A stretch of DNA of 64,000 nucleotides from positions 95,480,001 through 95,544,000 of the forward strand of contig OZ024742.1 in NCBI GenBank assembly GCA_964016885.1. The letters run 5' to 3'. Shown in pieces: positions 37,516 to 52,731 of the stretch (position 1 is the stretch's first letter; every line of letters begins with the position of its first letter). Source of the DNA: Eledone cirrhosa (lineage: Eukaryota). Under the pieces are notes generated by a model that made no database searches, was not told the DNA's origin, and saw only the letters and a program-made list of their open reading frames with translations. The position numbers were made by a program, and so were the translations under genes.

Positions 37516-39462
37516 ACACCACCACCTTCCAGGGTTCCTACGGCCACTCTCTTTCTGTCCGGCATGCCTTCCACTGCACCTCCACCAACCTAGTCTACGG
37601 ACTTCGCTGCACGGAGTGAAGCGCAACCTACGTCGGACAGACTGGACGTCGCCTGGCGGACCGGTTTACCGAACACCTCCGAGATATTTGTTTCGGTGGT
37701 AGTTCCCCCATCGCCCGCCATTTTGGTGCCCCTGGGCATTCCGCGCACCACCTCACATCTGTGGCCTAATCCAATGCCACGGAACACCTGCCACTCTCCT
37801 CAGGGTCGAACAACGAACCATCTTCACCCTACAGACCCACACTCCCCCCTGCCTGAACTCCCCACCCTTATTCCTTTAGCCTTTGACCGCCCCCTCCCCC
37901 CACACATATCCCCCATTAACACCACTAACACACCCCTCCTTTTCACCTCCACCCCACACCCGACCACCCTTCCCCAACTAACATACTAACATCCCTCCCT
38001 TCTTCTCCCCCTCCCCTTATCACACACACACACACACCGGTACATATATACACGCGCTCACACTAAACACACACCCTACTACCACCACTAACCCTCACCC
38101 ACACACATCCACCCCACCACCCCGCAACTAACATCACTAAAGCCCCCCCCGACCCCACGCACACGAACACGCACACCCACTTACACCACCCACTCTACAC
38201 GCAACTAACATCACTAACACCCCCAACCCTACGCACACGAACACACACACCCACTTACACAACCCACTCTACACACCCTACCACCACTGACCCCCACTCA
38301 CACCCGCATTCAACCCTTTCCCCACCTCCAGTATACTAACACCCATTAACACCCCCTTCACCACACACACACACTCATCCAAACACGCACACACACACCA
38401 GTACACTACACTCCCTCCACCGGCCCCCACACCCTTCCCTCCCCGCTCCACCCACACCCTTTCTCACACACACATCCCACTAACACCTCTACTAATACAC
38501 ATACACCCCCTCCACACTCCAACTTTCAAACCTACCCATCCTCTCCTCTGTCCACCGGACCTCCGCACACACTGACACACCGACTTACTTCACTTACCAT
38601 TCTCCCCGACTGCTGCTATGCCCTTATCTCTGACCACCTCCCCGCACACACAGACACACAACCCTCCTCCTGCATTGACCCTCTGAGCACTTCCTGTTGC
38701 GCGCGCACCACACATCTCCCCTCTTCCGACCAACCCAACCACGGATTACACATATTGGACATCGATCCCTAGAATCAACCACATCCCAAGGATATTACCC
38801 AGCATTCCACCACATCCTCTACGGAACTACCTTAAGGACTCACCCACTGACATACACTCAAACATTTTTTTCCCACACGCCACCTACATCCACAACACGC
38901 ATAAACACCACACACACATGTGTACCACCACATATTTACACACTCAGCCTCCGGAATCCTCTCCCACCACCCCTCCCCATGCACACAGGCACACACACAC
39001 CGACCTACACACCACCCCACACACACCTCTTCCTGAACATGCAACCCCGTTCTTACCCCAACTCTTATTTTCACCTACACACACACACGTACACCTACAC
39101 ACACACACCATCTTCAGCCCTCCCCTCTCGGACACCCCGCCTCCCTCTCCCCACTCCACCCGCCACCACCCCTACACGCCCCACAAACTTCCACCACCTG
39201 TTTTACTTCATGTTTATTTTTATTTTTATTATGCTTTTATATTTAATTTCATTTGTACAGTTTCCTCTCACCCCCTTTTTTCTATATGTCTCTCCAGCAC
39301 TCCCCTACACACCCTTGGAACTCTCTTCCCACACACTTTTCACCTGAAGAAGGGCTTATGCCCGAAACGTCGTTCTGTACCAGCACCCCGCTCACCAGAG
39401 CGTGAAACTAATAAACCTTTGTTCGTACTGCCTCTCTGTTTTGTTCCCGTTCAATTTTTTAC
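37515..39462 (+). mobile_element. Penelope-like element: GIY-YIG, C/A-rich 3' UTR, HHR at 39341-39373
   Basis: [39 protein letters not shown]...EQRTIFTLQTHTP; CTGAAGA-A-GGGC ttat GCCC-GAAA-CG-TC. Confidence 0.85.
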
Positions 39463-39466
39463 TATG

Positions 39467-39504
<38 letters not shown>

Positions 39505-39508
39505 TATG

Positions 39509-39856
<348 letters not shown>

Positions 39857-39882
39857 ATATATATATATATTAATATATATGT

Positions 39883-40486
39883 ATTTATTAAAATAACAGA
39901 TTAAAGTTTAAGTAAAGAATCCCTGCTTTCAACCAACTCTGAAGCGGAGAATCATTCGGTTTCCTAGTCAGCATTTTAGTCTACAACTTCAGTTATATCA
40001 TTTACGTGGTTTTGTCTTTGCGTGCAATTGTTCTCCACGCTCCACATATGACGTTTTATCTTCGTCTTTTCTGTTCATTGCCAGAGAACGTCTCTATGAA
40101 CCACCTAAGAGAATAATAGTCTACGACTTTTTTATACCATAAACGTGGTTCTGTCTTTGCGTGTAATTGTTTTTCACCGCTGCAAATAATGACGTATTAT
40201 ATTCGTTTTTTCCCGTTCTTTGTCAGGGAACCTTTCCACGAACAAAAGTATCGTCTTCCTGTCTTCCTCCGGTTGCAACGTTTTTTGAAACATTCACTTC
40301 TGCGTTTACAGATTGACTTTGTTAGATTCAGAAGATACCGTTAAGGGTGAAAGCAGCGATAGTTTGCTTAAACTTTAATCTGTTATTTTAATAAATATTT
40401 GCTCTACGGTTCTTATATATTTGATGTATATTTATCCTTATCGAGCCCTCTTTGGATTTTAGTCTTCAAATTTATTATTATTACTA
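39883..40486. mobile_element. Family O element with inverted 5' piece and internal ~140-bp duplication
   Basis: 39883-39934 is inverted relative to 40345-40397; 40003-40100 resembles 40143-40245; degenerate core CAGAAGA..GAAA. Confidence 0.7.
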
Positions 40487-40531
40487 TATATATATGTATA
40501 TATATATATATGTATATATATGTATATATAA

Positions 40532-40660
<129 letters not shown>

Positions 40661-40993
40661 TATATAAATATCTTTAAGTCGTTTGGAAGCCTCGACAATG
40701 CAAATGGGTAAATCTCCGGGTAACCATGTCCGGTGGTGGAGAGAGAGATGTAAGTGGGTGTACGTTGAGATGCGTGGTGTGTATAACATGTGTGAGATGT
40801 GTAGAATGAAGCACCTTCTTCAAGACTTGGCTGTCAAATTCTTTCACATGTGTGTAGTAGTGGCGCCCACACACATTATTAGCTATTTGAAAAGATGATG
40901 GATTTCGCAACTAACTGCACCAGGGTTCCTGAATTCTGGGGCATGAGAGTGAGATCCGTCATCTCGACAGTAGTCGACGAATGAATGAATGAA

Positions 40994-41052
<59 letters not shown>

Positions 41053-41299
41053 AAGCACATGGCACATCGAAAGGTTGTGAGTTCAATTCTCAGACTTTAT
41101 TTGACATTGCTCCAGTTTACTCAGCTGTAGAAATGAGATGATAGGGACTGGGGTCCCTATCATTCCACTCCAAAAAAGCACCCAGCACTCACTGCAAATG
41201 AGGTTGGTGTTAGAAAGGGCATCCAGCTGTAGAAATCAAGCCAAAATCAGTTCCCGTCCCACCCTTGCAAGCAGGGAATAAGTGGACGTAAATTGAAAT

Positions 41300-41397
<98 letters not shown>

Positions 41398-41821
41398 GAC
41401 AACTAGTTAAAATCCCGACTCTGGCACCAAGTGGTTTTGGTTTGTTTTATATAAATATATATATATACATATAACACTTTCTATGTGTATATATAACTAC
41501 ATATATGTATATGTATCTATCTTTATATATATATACATATATATATATATACACACACACATGACTTCGGACTAAACTGACTAAGGCTGCAGGATGTAAT
41601 GGTCAAGTGATGTGTAAGTAACACAGTTTTCTAGCCACAGCGGCCATCAAAGTATTATTTCACGATGTGCAGCATCTGACCCATAATCTTAAATCTATTT
41701 CTATAGATTTCAGCCAATATCGACGATGAAAGCAGCGGAAAAAAATAAAGACAATAATAATCTAATATTTACAAACAGGCACTCACACCCAAATGAATAA
41801 ACATATATACTCACACACACG

Positions 41822-41881
<60 letters not shown>

Positions 41882-42232
41882 TACTTATATATATATATAA
41901 CACATAATATATATATTGATTTGTGTGATAGTGTATATATATATGCATGTGCATATATATGTGTGTGTATATATATATATATATAATTATACATATATAT
42001 AGAGATATATATGCATATGTGTGTGCATATATGTATCTCTCTAAATATATATAGGTACATATAAGTATATTACACTTAGATATTTCATATTATACATAGT
42101 TATATGATATGAATCAGGTAAAAGATATACAGGCACATATATACACATAAATGATCATATATTGTTTTATATATGTACATTCATATATGTATATATATAT
42201 ATATAAAAGCTATCACAAACATATGTATGTGT

Positions 42233-42319
<87 letters not shown>

Positions 42320-43731
42320 AAATCATAATAAACAAGGTATCTGATCCGTTATCAAAGAGTGATATCTAACAGGATTTTCTTCCCTGTCAAATCCTCCCCT
42401 ATCACAAACTCCATCACCATCATCCACTGCCACCACCATCATCACCACTCCTGCCACCATCTCCACCACCATTAACACCAGTATCATCCACACCACCTCT
42501 ATTTCATTCCCTGCACTGAACACCTTTTTTTTGTTTATTCTTTTTCTTGCCTTAATTCACAATATATTTTAATATTTTTGTTTTTGTTTGCCATTCATTT
42601 CCTTTGCAGTCTTCCTGGTAGTTATTTTGTTGTTTGCTTCATGTTTTCTTTAGTTATTTATTTACTTATATATTTTGGCTCACTTTTCAATAAAAGCACT
42701 GTGTCTGGTGTTGATCAGTGGAGCGTGAAAATGATAAATGTATTGTAGCAAACATATTCAAGAAATTGATCATCCAGTGTGGACATTTTTCTCAAGACAG
42801 ATTGCAATAAATCCTTGGAAGCACTGCAGGGCAGAGGCAGCGTGCTGCTGTAGTGAGGTGCATAGCGCTGTACTGCAAGTTGCAAGGTGCGAGGTTGCGA
42901 GGTGTGAGGTAATTCATGCACCGTGCCAACCAGGCAGAAACGGTTTTGCTTTCCATTTGTGAAAACTACAATATTTATCAAGAATGCTTGCTACTTTCCA
43001 GTAGCCAGTCTACCAAAAGCCTTATGCATTTTTCTGTTAATCTTTTATACTGTTTTACTTTTATTTTGTTGCTGGTGATGATGTCATTATTGTTTTTGTT
43101 GTTATTATTTCTTTATATATTTTCATTGATGATATATAAGTTTGGGTTCGAGTTCAGTCATTCCAAGTAATAGGATAATAATAAAATTATAATGGTTTTC
43201 TTATGTATATCCAAGACCACCACCAGAAGAGTTGATTAATAGAGACCAGTCTATGACTAGTTCTTTATTTTGTTTCATTGATCCTGGAAGAATGAACAAA
43301 CCAAAGTTAACCCTGCAAATACTTGAAATCCGAACATAAACTGTGGTATCTATGTACAGCAAAATATTTTGTCTGTTGCTCTACCGATTATATAATCCAT
43401 TGCCCTCACTCATCAACATCCATCTGCTTTACCATGCTAGCATGGGTTGGATGTGCCGTCACAGAACTGGTCTTCCTTGCTCAATTTATTCCATTTTGAT
43501 ATGGTTTTTACACTCGGATGATCTTCCTAATGCAAACCACTATATTGTGGCACTAACATTCAATGAAGAGTTCTCTGAAACATGTTTGGCATTGTTTCTA
43601 TGGCTGGATGCCCTTCTTAATACCAATCACATTAGAGAATATCCTGCATGCATTTTCTGATGCTGCAATTCAGCATATGCATACATCTACATATGCATTT
43701 GTAGATATATGAATATATATATATATATATA

Positions 43732-43957
43732 TAGTAATAATAATAAATTTGAAGACTAAAATCCAAAGAGGGCTCGATAAGGATAAATATATATCAAATA
43801 TATAAGAACCGTAGAGCAAATATTTATTAAAATAACAGATTAAAGTTAAAGCAAAGAATAGCTGCTTTCACCCTTAATGGGATCTTCTGAAGATCCCGTT
43901 AAGGGTGAAAGCAGCGAAAGCAGCGATTCTTTGCTGAAACTTTAATCTGTTATTTAA

Positions 43958-43963
<6 letters not shown>
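43732..43963. mobile_element. Family O head-to-head palindrome joined at the HHR core
   Basis: Centre 43888 (TCTTC-T-GAAGA); CTGAAGA-TCCC gttaa GGGT-GAAA; the left arm is the reverse complement of 40331-40486. Confidence 0.8.
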
Positions 43964-43998
<35 letters not shown>

Positions 43999-44570
43999 TG
44001 AGTTAGTTACAGGAAGCTGTCTACTATGCTTCAAGCAAACTACACCACTCATTTTTTGTATGTATAAATGTGTGTGCATGTAAGTGTGTAGATACATAGA
44101 AACGTATGTATGTATGTATGCATGTCAGTACGTATGTGTGTGTGTTTAGGCATGTGTTATAACAAGAAGAAATTAAGGCTTAAAACAAAAGAAAAATAAA
44201 TTGTAGCTACAATAAAAAATATAATGAAAGCTAAAAACAAAGAAAATATAGTAAATGACTTTATTTAGTCAATTTGTTATATTTTTATGTTTTGTCATTT
44301 TATCTTGAGCATTTCATTTCTATTGTTATTTGTTTTTCATGTTTGTTTTCAATTCATTTGTTAATCATTTGTTTTGTTTTCTCTTTAACAAAGAAGCAAT
44401 GAAGTTTAATTATCTTGGCACAGAATTAACTGCCATCAGCAAAGAATCTCAGAGATATGATAGAATATATGCAGATTTTACAATCATCTATGTACAGGGC
44501 TGGCTCTTTTGCCATGGTATGTATGTAGATATATATATATGTGTGTATGTGTATACATAAATGTGTGTGG

Positions 44571-44628
<58 letters not shown>

Positions 44629-44717
44629 GTTAAACAAGGTTCAATGAATGAATCAAAGAATAAAGTTTTACAATAGATTAGAAGCACTCCACAGTTATGG
44701 TTTTCCGGAGTTATTAA

Positions 44718-44956
44718 TATTAATTCAAAATATTAACAAAAATAGACATTCGTGTGATCAAGTATATTTTATTATACATATTTCAGAGGTACTGAGCTAT
44801 CTTCAACAGTACGTCCTCATCAGGTAAAATAAGATGATGCATGGCATACCCTGACTAAGTAGATGGTTAAAATTCAGTCATGGCACCTCTGAAATATGTA
44901 TAATAAAATATACTTGATCACACGAATGTCTATTTTTGTTAATATTTTGAATTAAT
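44718..44956. mobile_element. Family B head-to-head fold-back, HHR at 44766-44830 (-)
   Basis: ~72-bp arms; reverse complement ATTTTAC-CTGATGA-GGACGTACTG..CAGTACCTCT-GAAA-TATGTA-TA-ATAAAAT. Confidence 0.82.
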
Positions 44957-45049
44957 ATATATATACATATTGTATTAAGGATACTATTTATGGTTATTTA
45001 TATACTAAAACCTTTTATAGTTATATATATTTTAAACCCTAAATAGTGA

Positions 45050-46660
45050 AAGACAGTAATATATTGCTACCTTATTACCATATTGATGTCATACTTGCGG
45101 CCCGTAAAACCCTAATCACCTTTGAAGACCAATTATGGACCCGCAAAGATACGCAAAACAACTTCTACATAACCATGGGATCTAGTGACTAGGCGCAGGT
45201 CACTGATTTGGTCGGTCTATATTTACTTAACGAAATCCATAAGGACCTTCCATACCTCAACGGTGGTTTGTACCGCGATGATGCACTTCTACTTATAGAC
45301 TATAAAAAATTCAATATAGAAAGAACGAGAAAACTATTGCACAAAACATTCAAAAGTTATAACCTTATTATTACCATGGACAAAAACACTAAAAACGTTA
45401 ACTTCCTGGACGCCACCCTCTACCTAGACTCCAAGATATATACACCTTTCCATAAACCTAATGAAAAACTCATTTACGTAGATACCAAGTCTAACCAACC
45501 TAGATCAATATTAAACTCTATCTCTAAGGGAGTATCCAATAGAATCTCTAATCTATTCTATGACGTAAACATATTTAGCAAAAACTCGCAGTATTATAAT
45601 CAGGCATTAGCTAGATCAGGCCATAATATAGAGATCGAGTTCCTACCTACAAAAACACATAGCTACAACATTATTTCGCACAATATGTCCATGAGGAAAT
45701 TTAGTAATAAGAATAGCAACCACACACACACTAATACGGAGGATGCCAACAAAAGTAACCCACACCACAGAAATTACCATAGTACCATAAAAGGAAACAA
45801 CTCACCAGACATAAAAAACAAAAATAGAAGAAGAAATAATACATTTTTCAACCCTCCTTTCAATCTAAACGTCTCTACCAACCTACCTAGGGCTTTCTTC
45901 TCACTACTAGATAAACACTTCCCATCTGGCCACAAGTACCATAGCCTTTTAAACAAAAACACTATTAAAATCTCCTACTCTACTACGTCTAACATAGCAT
46001 ACCACATAGCCAGTAGCAATAATAGAAAAATTAATTCTTACTTCCAACAAACTAAATCACAACACACGATAAACCTTCAAAATAACATTATATCAACTAA
46101 CCCCAATAACAATAGAAATAATAGTAATAGCACTAGTGTAAGCAATAACGCTGCGAACGACAACACCCATAACCATAATCCTATAGCTACCATCCAAACT
46201 TCTAATAATAACCGGCAGACATAATAACCGGCAGACTAACATCCAGTATAATTGTAACTGTAGATCAAATAGAACCTGCCCTTTAGATAAAAAATGCTTA
46301 ATCAAGGATATCATATACTCATGCACCGTCACAACTAGCAACTCTTCTGAAACCTATATAACTGCTTCAAAACCAGATACAATTCGCACCTCCACTCTTT
46401 CAAAAAACACAGTCTAGCCAACTCCACCACACTATCTAGCTACATACACTATCTAAAAACTAAAAATAAATATTGTACACTTAAATGGGAAGTGATAGGT
46501 AACGCGACATCGTACAAACCACCTAATAAATTTTGTAACCTCTGTTCACTAGAGACCCATACTATCATCTTCTCAAACCATAACCTCCTTAATAAAAAAT
46601 CAGAAGTGTTCGCGTCTTGCCAGCACCGCTTCCCACACTCCTTCCAAAACTTTAAACCCA
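45050..46660 (+). pseudogene. Penelope-like element RT + C-terminal GIY-YIG (probably Nematis-like), disrupted
   Basis: TMGS..LVGLYLL..GLYRDD, VNFLDATL, FFNPPF, IKISYS, CNCRSNRTCPL..IIYSC, CNLC..LLNKKSE..CQHR; stops and frameshifts; a degenerate HHR at 48129-48177 may mark its 3' end. Confidence 0.88.
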
Positions 46661-48239
46661 ATATATAACAATGTCAGACTTGAACCCGTCACCACCTCTA
46701 GCAACAAACCTCAAGGGCACACCTTACACCACATCTCCACACTCATTGATCCACTTTAACACAAATAGTGACATGCTCCTAGTACCTTTTACCCTAGAGA
46801 TGTCCCCATGTACATCTACTTTTGGTATATTTGCCTTCAATTACTTAGACTACATTATACCACTATATAATTAATGTAAACTTTAAACACTGAATTGGTT
46901 GTGCTAATGTTGTTCTGTGTATGGAGTGCCATCATTGGATAAATGGAAGATTAATTAATTTATTAACATAAAAGAGCTATATAACCTATATGCTGAGTGC
47001 AATGAATTATGTACAAGTGAGGTATGAGTTATACATACATGTATGACTTGATGGTCAGATTAGTGACATTGTAAGTGAGAATTAATCGCTGGTCTACCCT
47101 AGTGATACTTAACTTTACCATGCAATCAGACATGCACTGACCCAGAGCTTACCAGGAGTTATATATAGAAGTGATTCTAATAAAACCCTGCCAGGTTCTG
47201 CGGGTAGACTACACTTACACAGATCATTGATTTGGGGATCTGACTCTTCATGTAGAATATTCAGTTGTGGCACTCTATGATAGAAGGTAATCATCCTAAT
47301 ATGAACACCTTTAGTACTTCTTGATAGACTACACTGTAATTTATACTTAATTTTAGAAACTTTTATAACCTTATATGATAGGGACTCATTTGAGACACCA
47401 TTTAATGTACACTAGGATAATAAATTTAGTTTTAGAAATCAGCTAGTTACCTCCCCTCACGCATTAACTCCCCTTAATCACACACACACTTCCAGAAAAT
47501 AATACGATGTCAATTCTCGCAACAAAAACAACCTGCTCTATAAAATTGGATTAAAGAACAACAAGATGTAATATTCTAACATAATTCATCGAAAATCCAA
47601 TATTGAATCATCGTAGATTATGTGAAGGACATATAATCTATATATTACGTTTCCTGGATTGTGAAAATGGTGTATACGAAAACCATAACATTGTTTTGCT
47701 TCTCATTTATAATATGTTTAATATTTTTAATATGTCTCTACACACAAGCGTCTATATCATACATATAAAAAATACTTTACCAATACAACCCCCATAATAC
47801 TCTTGATTGCCCGCTTAAAGTGCTTGTATTACATATAACACTCTGCCGCACTATAATCTTATATAAACTAGACACACGTGCATGCCACATGTGTAACTAC
47901 TGCATACAATAACTACTTCAAACTATCCTCTTGCTTTATCTTCGTAAACTGCCAATGTTGTATTTTAACTTTAATTTTGTTCTTTGATATGACTTTAATC
48001 TTTGAATGTAAATTGCCATGCTAAATATTATAATGGATGTCAACCCACTGTGCATCAATATATACATATGTTTCTGTATGTCTCTTGTGTTGAAAAGGAG
48101 GTCATGTATGTAACTAATCATTGAAAAATTGCTCCAAAGACACCAAACCCCGGTTTGCAAGAAACAATTGTAAGCGAATGAATGGTTTAAACAGAACTTT
48201 GATTCATGTAATTTCTATATATATATATAGAGAGAGAAA

Positions 48240-48860
48240 TGGACAGTAAGCAGCAAACGACCACAGGAAACAAGCAGTATCAAATTCCAGGGAGCCTCGG
48301 TAGAAGCAGTCAATGGCTTCTGCTAACTGAATCACCAAATTAGCAGCAGAGGTGGGTGTTCTGAAGGTACGGCAGCCAGAGTGAGAACAGGATAGATGAA
48401 GTTCAGGCAGTTACTAACACTGCTAGCTGCAAAAGGCTTTTCCCTCCTCAAAATGAAATGCAGATGTTATGATGTGTGCATACAAACAGCAATGTTGCAT
48501 GGTAGTGTGACCTGGGTTATGTGTGTCGAAGCCTTGCATAGAAGCTTGCATGCTCAGATGGATGTGTAATAGTAATATATGTGAATGGCAAAGCATAAAC
48601 AAACTGTGAGAGAAACTAGGCATAGGAGAATCAGATGCAGTGTGCATGACAGGAGATTGCATTGGTATGGACATATGATGTATATGAAGGATGACATGTG
48701 TGTATAAAGGTGCAGAGGGCTCAAAGTTGATGGAAGATGTGGAGTAGGAGGACCTAGGAAGACATGGGATGAGGAGATAAAACCTGATCTTGCACAATTG
48801 CACCTCTTAAAGGTGATAACACAGGACCATGATCACTGGCATTATGGTTGATTCTATCCT
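48240..48860 (+). pseudogene. Degenerate RTE 3' coding fragment
   Basis: MLRWMCNSNI..WYGHMM..GGPRKTWDEE. Confidence 0.8.
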
Positions 48861-49133
48861 GCATGGGTAAAGGTTTGAAGCACACCAAATAAAAACAACT
48901 CAACTATATTCATGAGAATTGACAGATGTGTCATGATAAAATAAGCAACTTAATAAAAGAAGAGGAGGAAAAATGCAATGAAACAAATTTTTTTTTCCAT
49001 AAGTAACTCTATTTCCCATTAATTATGTTATAATACAACAGTTTGTTGTGTTCGTTAGAAAATATAACTACAATTAATCTAACTTTGTTAATTAGTTTGT
49101 ACATTCATGCCTTTATTTACTCCAGTATATACA

Positions 49134-49581
49134 AGTGGTGCTAGACCCAGGGTTACTTACTCCGGTAAGTACCACCGGCATCTAACTACTAATTTTAATA
49201 AAGAAAAATTGTAGGAGATTTTCTATAACACCATGCCGAAATGAGAGTTATCTCTCACTACAAAGGTAATGATTAAAAGCGTAACCAGTTTCTCAAAGCG
49301 AGTATCAAATATAAATTTTCATTCATTGTAGTTCCATGTTACAATTGTGGTAAACAAATATCCTCGTACATAATTAGGTACAATCCTGATCCATGAGAGG
49401 TGGTTAGAGACAAATTAACATGCTTGTGCTCGGTGTTGTCAATTCGAAGAAAAGCGCCAAAAGTGATTGAGATTGATTTGAGTTGACGCTTGTATATCCT
49501 TTGACCGGAAGTTACAAGGAAGGTTCTAGAATTTCAACGGGAAGTAAGTCTAGCTACTTCCCTTGTCTAGAGAGCGCTACA
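49134..49581 (-). repeat. 3' LTR
   Basis: Direct repeat of 52732-53179; begins TGTAGC on the minus strand. Confidence 0.95.
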
Positions 49582-49949
49582 AGACTCCCCTCTCAGACGA
49601 GAAGTCGAATAACCAATCGAAGATCATTGTAGCGAGAACATGTAGGTAATGAGGAGCAAAGCAAAAGGTACATACATGAATGAATAAAACATGAGCAAGC
49701 AAATAGCAAAAATGAGAATAAAACAAGTAATGCATTTTACAAAGAATACGTTTGAATTATAACAATTGATAAATCATAGTCAATTCAAAGGAGCAGAGAA
49801 ATTCATGCTCAATAGTAAAATCAATGTTTTTCAAAGTCAAATAGTTCATCCTTTACTAGTGTACAGACTTTCTGACACTAGTTCTATCTGAAAACTAAAA
49901 AAAAAAAGAGGTATGTTAATGCCACTAGAGGTTAAAAGTATATTGTTTT

Positions 49950-52600
49950 TGATAGTTTTTGTGGCCATTTTACCGCCCTGCCACCTCGTGTGACATAAGG
50001 TTGTGTGGTATGCGGTGAAGTTGTTGGTGCAGGAGTGTATGTACGAGGTGTATCAGGCAGTGTGATGAGACTTTCGGAGAAAGCCTTTTTTGCTCTGTCA
50101 ATGGATATTGTCTCTTTTCGACAGCCACTGTGAATTGTTTGGGTGTGTGCGAAAGCAGACAAAAAGGTTCATTATAAGGTGACGTAAGAGGTCCCTTGAC
50201 GGAATCATTCCGTATGAAAATGTGTGTCCACGTAGAGATGTCCGATGGGACAACAGAAGAAATAGACTGGTCACGAGGGTTCATCGGTGGAAGATCAGAG
50301 AAATACGAACGAATTCTGGTGAAATATGATGCTGGGTCAAGATGTGATGAATCCACTGGTGTTAACATTTGTCCATGAAGAGACGCAAGAGAACACATAA
50401 AAAGTCGAGATAGTGCGTCCGCAGGTATGTTGGCAGTTCCAGCTATATGACGAATGTATGCAGGGAGATGAGATCCAGATGCCTATACGCTCTCGGAGAG
50501 TACCTGTCGGATTTGGTGTGAGGAGCGAATGTGAGTGGTTTATGGTCTGTGAATACCGTGAATTCCCGATCTTCAAGAAGATGGTGGAAATGTCTCACAG
50601 CAAGATAAATAGCTAGAAGCTCTCTGTCAAAGGTACTGTATCGTTGTTCTGCTGGTTTTAGTTGGCGTGAGAAAAATGCCAGTGGTTGAACCTGGTGATC
50701 GATTGCATGTTGCAAAACTGCACCAACAGCATGATCGGATGCATCAACAGATAAAAAAAATCTCGCATTTGCAACAGGATGGGCAAGGAAGGAAACTTTG
50801 GCTAGCTCAGACTTGACGGATTCAAAAGAGTGCAATACATCGGCAGAAAGTGAAATAGGAGCGTCTTTCTTTTTTGCAGCCTTTGTCAAGGGGAACAACT
50901 TGTCCGCACAGTTAGGAATAAAGCGACGATAAAAGTTAATTAATCTCAAGAAATGGCGTAATTGTTTCAATGATGTTGGTGGTGCTAATTGCTGAATCGC
51001 CTCCACCTTAGATGGCAAAGGACGAATGCCTTCTGAATCTATAAGGTGTCCAAGGACTTCCAGTGAATCTGCACCAAACACACATTTAGCTGGGTTGATT
51101 CTGACTTGGTACGATTGGAGACGTTGAAATAACAGATAGATGTTGATGATGCTGTTCAGCCGAATCACTGGCTATTAGATCATCAACGTAAGCAAACACG
51201 AAATCCAATCCACGCGTGACTTCATCGATAATACGCTGGAACGTACTAGAAGCATTCCGCAAACCAAAAGGCATGGATAGAAATTCAAACGAACCAAAAG
51301 GTGTGGTCACTGCTGCTTTTGGTATGTCTTCTGGATGCAAGGGTATTTGATGATAAGCGCGTACCAGATCTATTTAAGAAAATATCTTGCATCCATGCAG
51401 AACGGATAAAAAATCCTGTAAATTTGGTAAAGGATAACGATCAGGTGTTGTGATAGCGTTAAGTCGTCTATAATATCCCACAGGTCTAAAATCTGCCTCA
51501 CCCTCACGAGCTAAATGAAGCGGAGATTCCCATGGGCTGGTTGACGGTCGTATAAGACCAAGCTGAAGCATGTGATCGAACTCATCCCTGGCTTACTTTA
51601 GCCTGTCTGGAGCCAGCCTACGTGGACGAGAGAAAACAGGCGGAGCAGTTGTTGTAATAAAATGTCGAGTCGAGTGGACTACTTGGTGCGGTTTAAATGA
51701 AATGTCAGTTAACTCGGGAAACGAAGTAAGAAGAGAATGAAACTGGTTTCTAGAGGCAGCTATGAAACACGCGGGACTTATAACAGTAGAGGTAGAACCA
51801 TGAGCAGGCGTAGATAACGATGTGGTACCATCCACAAGTTTCTGTCTCCTGACAACTACTAACAGTGAATAGTGGTGTAAAAAATCAGCACCGAGAATAG
51901 GATAAGGTAGGCCCGCTACGACGAAAATCCATTTAAAATCTCGATGCAAAGCTAGGTTCAATGATAAAGAAATTTGTCCATAAGTTTTTATAGGAGACTG
52001 GTTTACTGCATACAAGGAAATACCGGAAAAATTTGGCTTGGTAGAGCTGAACCGAAGAGGCCAAATACTGCAACTAGATCCAAAAATGATTTGTTTGAAG
52101 CTCCATCTCTAATAAAGAAAGCACGATAAGGAGAATTAATGAGGGAGAGGGCTGCCGAGCCCAGAATCTCCAATGTTAGTTTTCCGAGGTCTCGAAAGAG
52201 CAGGGATGAATACAATTATTCGCCTTTTCACGAAAACGCACGTGATACCAACACAAGGATGAGTTGTTGGCGCGACAACGAAGAGAAGGAGACCGATTCC
52301 GTGAACGCCATCTGGATGGTGTTCGCTCCTGACACAGTTTAGCAACTTGACGAGTTAACGCGTCAATGGCTCGCAGCATAGAGTCCTCACGAGGTGAAAC
52401 AGGCTGCGGTTTAAAAGTAGAAGAAGCAATGAGTGGATCTGCCGAAGTAGGTACTCGAGAAAATTCCATTGTGACATGGTTTAACTTTCGACAACCAGCC
52501 AACGACAACACATTTGAAAGGAAAAAATTAGCTGTATTTTCAAAATTATATGCGCACGTGGTGATACCATGAATAGCTGAAGTGATGTAACACGGAGGAA
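49950..52600 (-). pseudogene. Fragmented gag-pol of the Gypsy element
   Basis: ORF pieces 52176-52604 (gag remnant), 51593-52015 (PILGADFL), 51374-51571, 51086-51340, 50443-51168 and 49970-50398. Confidence 0.9.
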
Positions 52601-52731
52601 GCAAGATAGCGAATTCAAAACGAAAGCTTTGTTGAAAAAGACGACACGAGGTACAACATTTTTTTTTTCTCTGCGTATTCGGAGATTACCATTCTTCAGT
52701 TGGTGTTTTTTTACGTTAGCGTCACCATTTT

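Noticed and set aside
40894-40963. SECIS element
   Set aside because: ATGA and AA are present, but the 3' side lacks the GA needed for the non-Watson-Crick quartet
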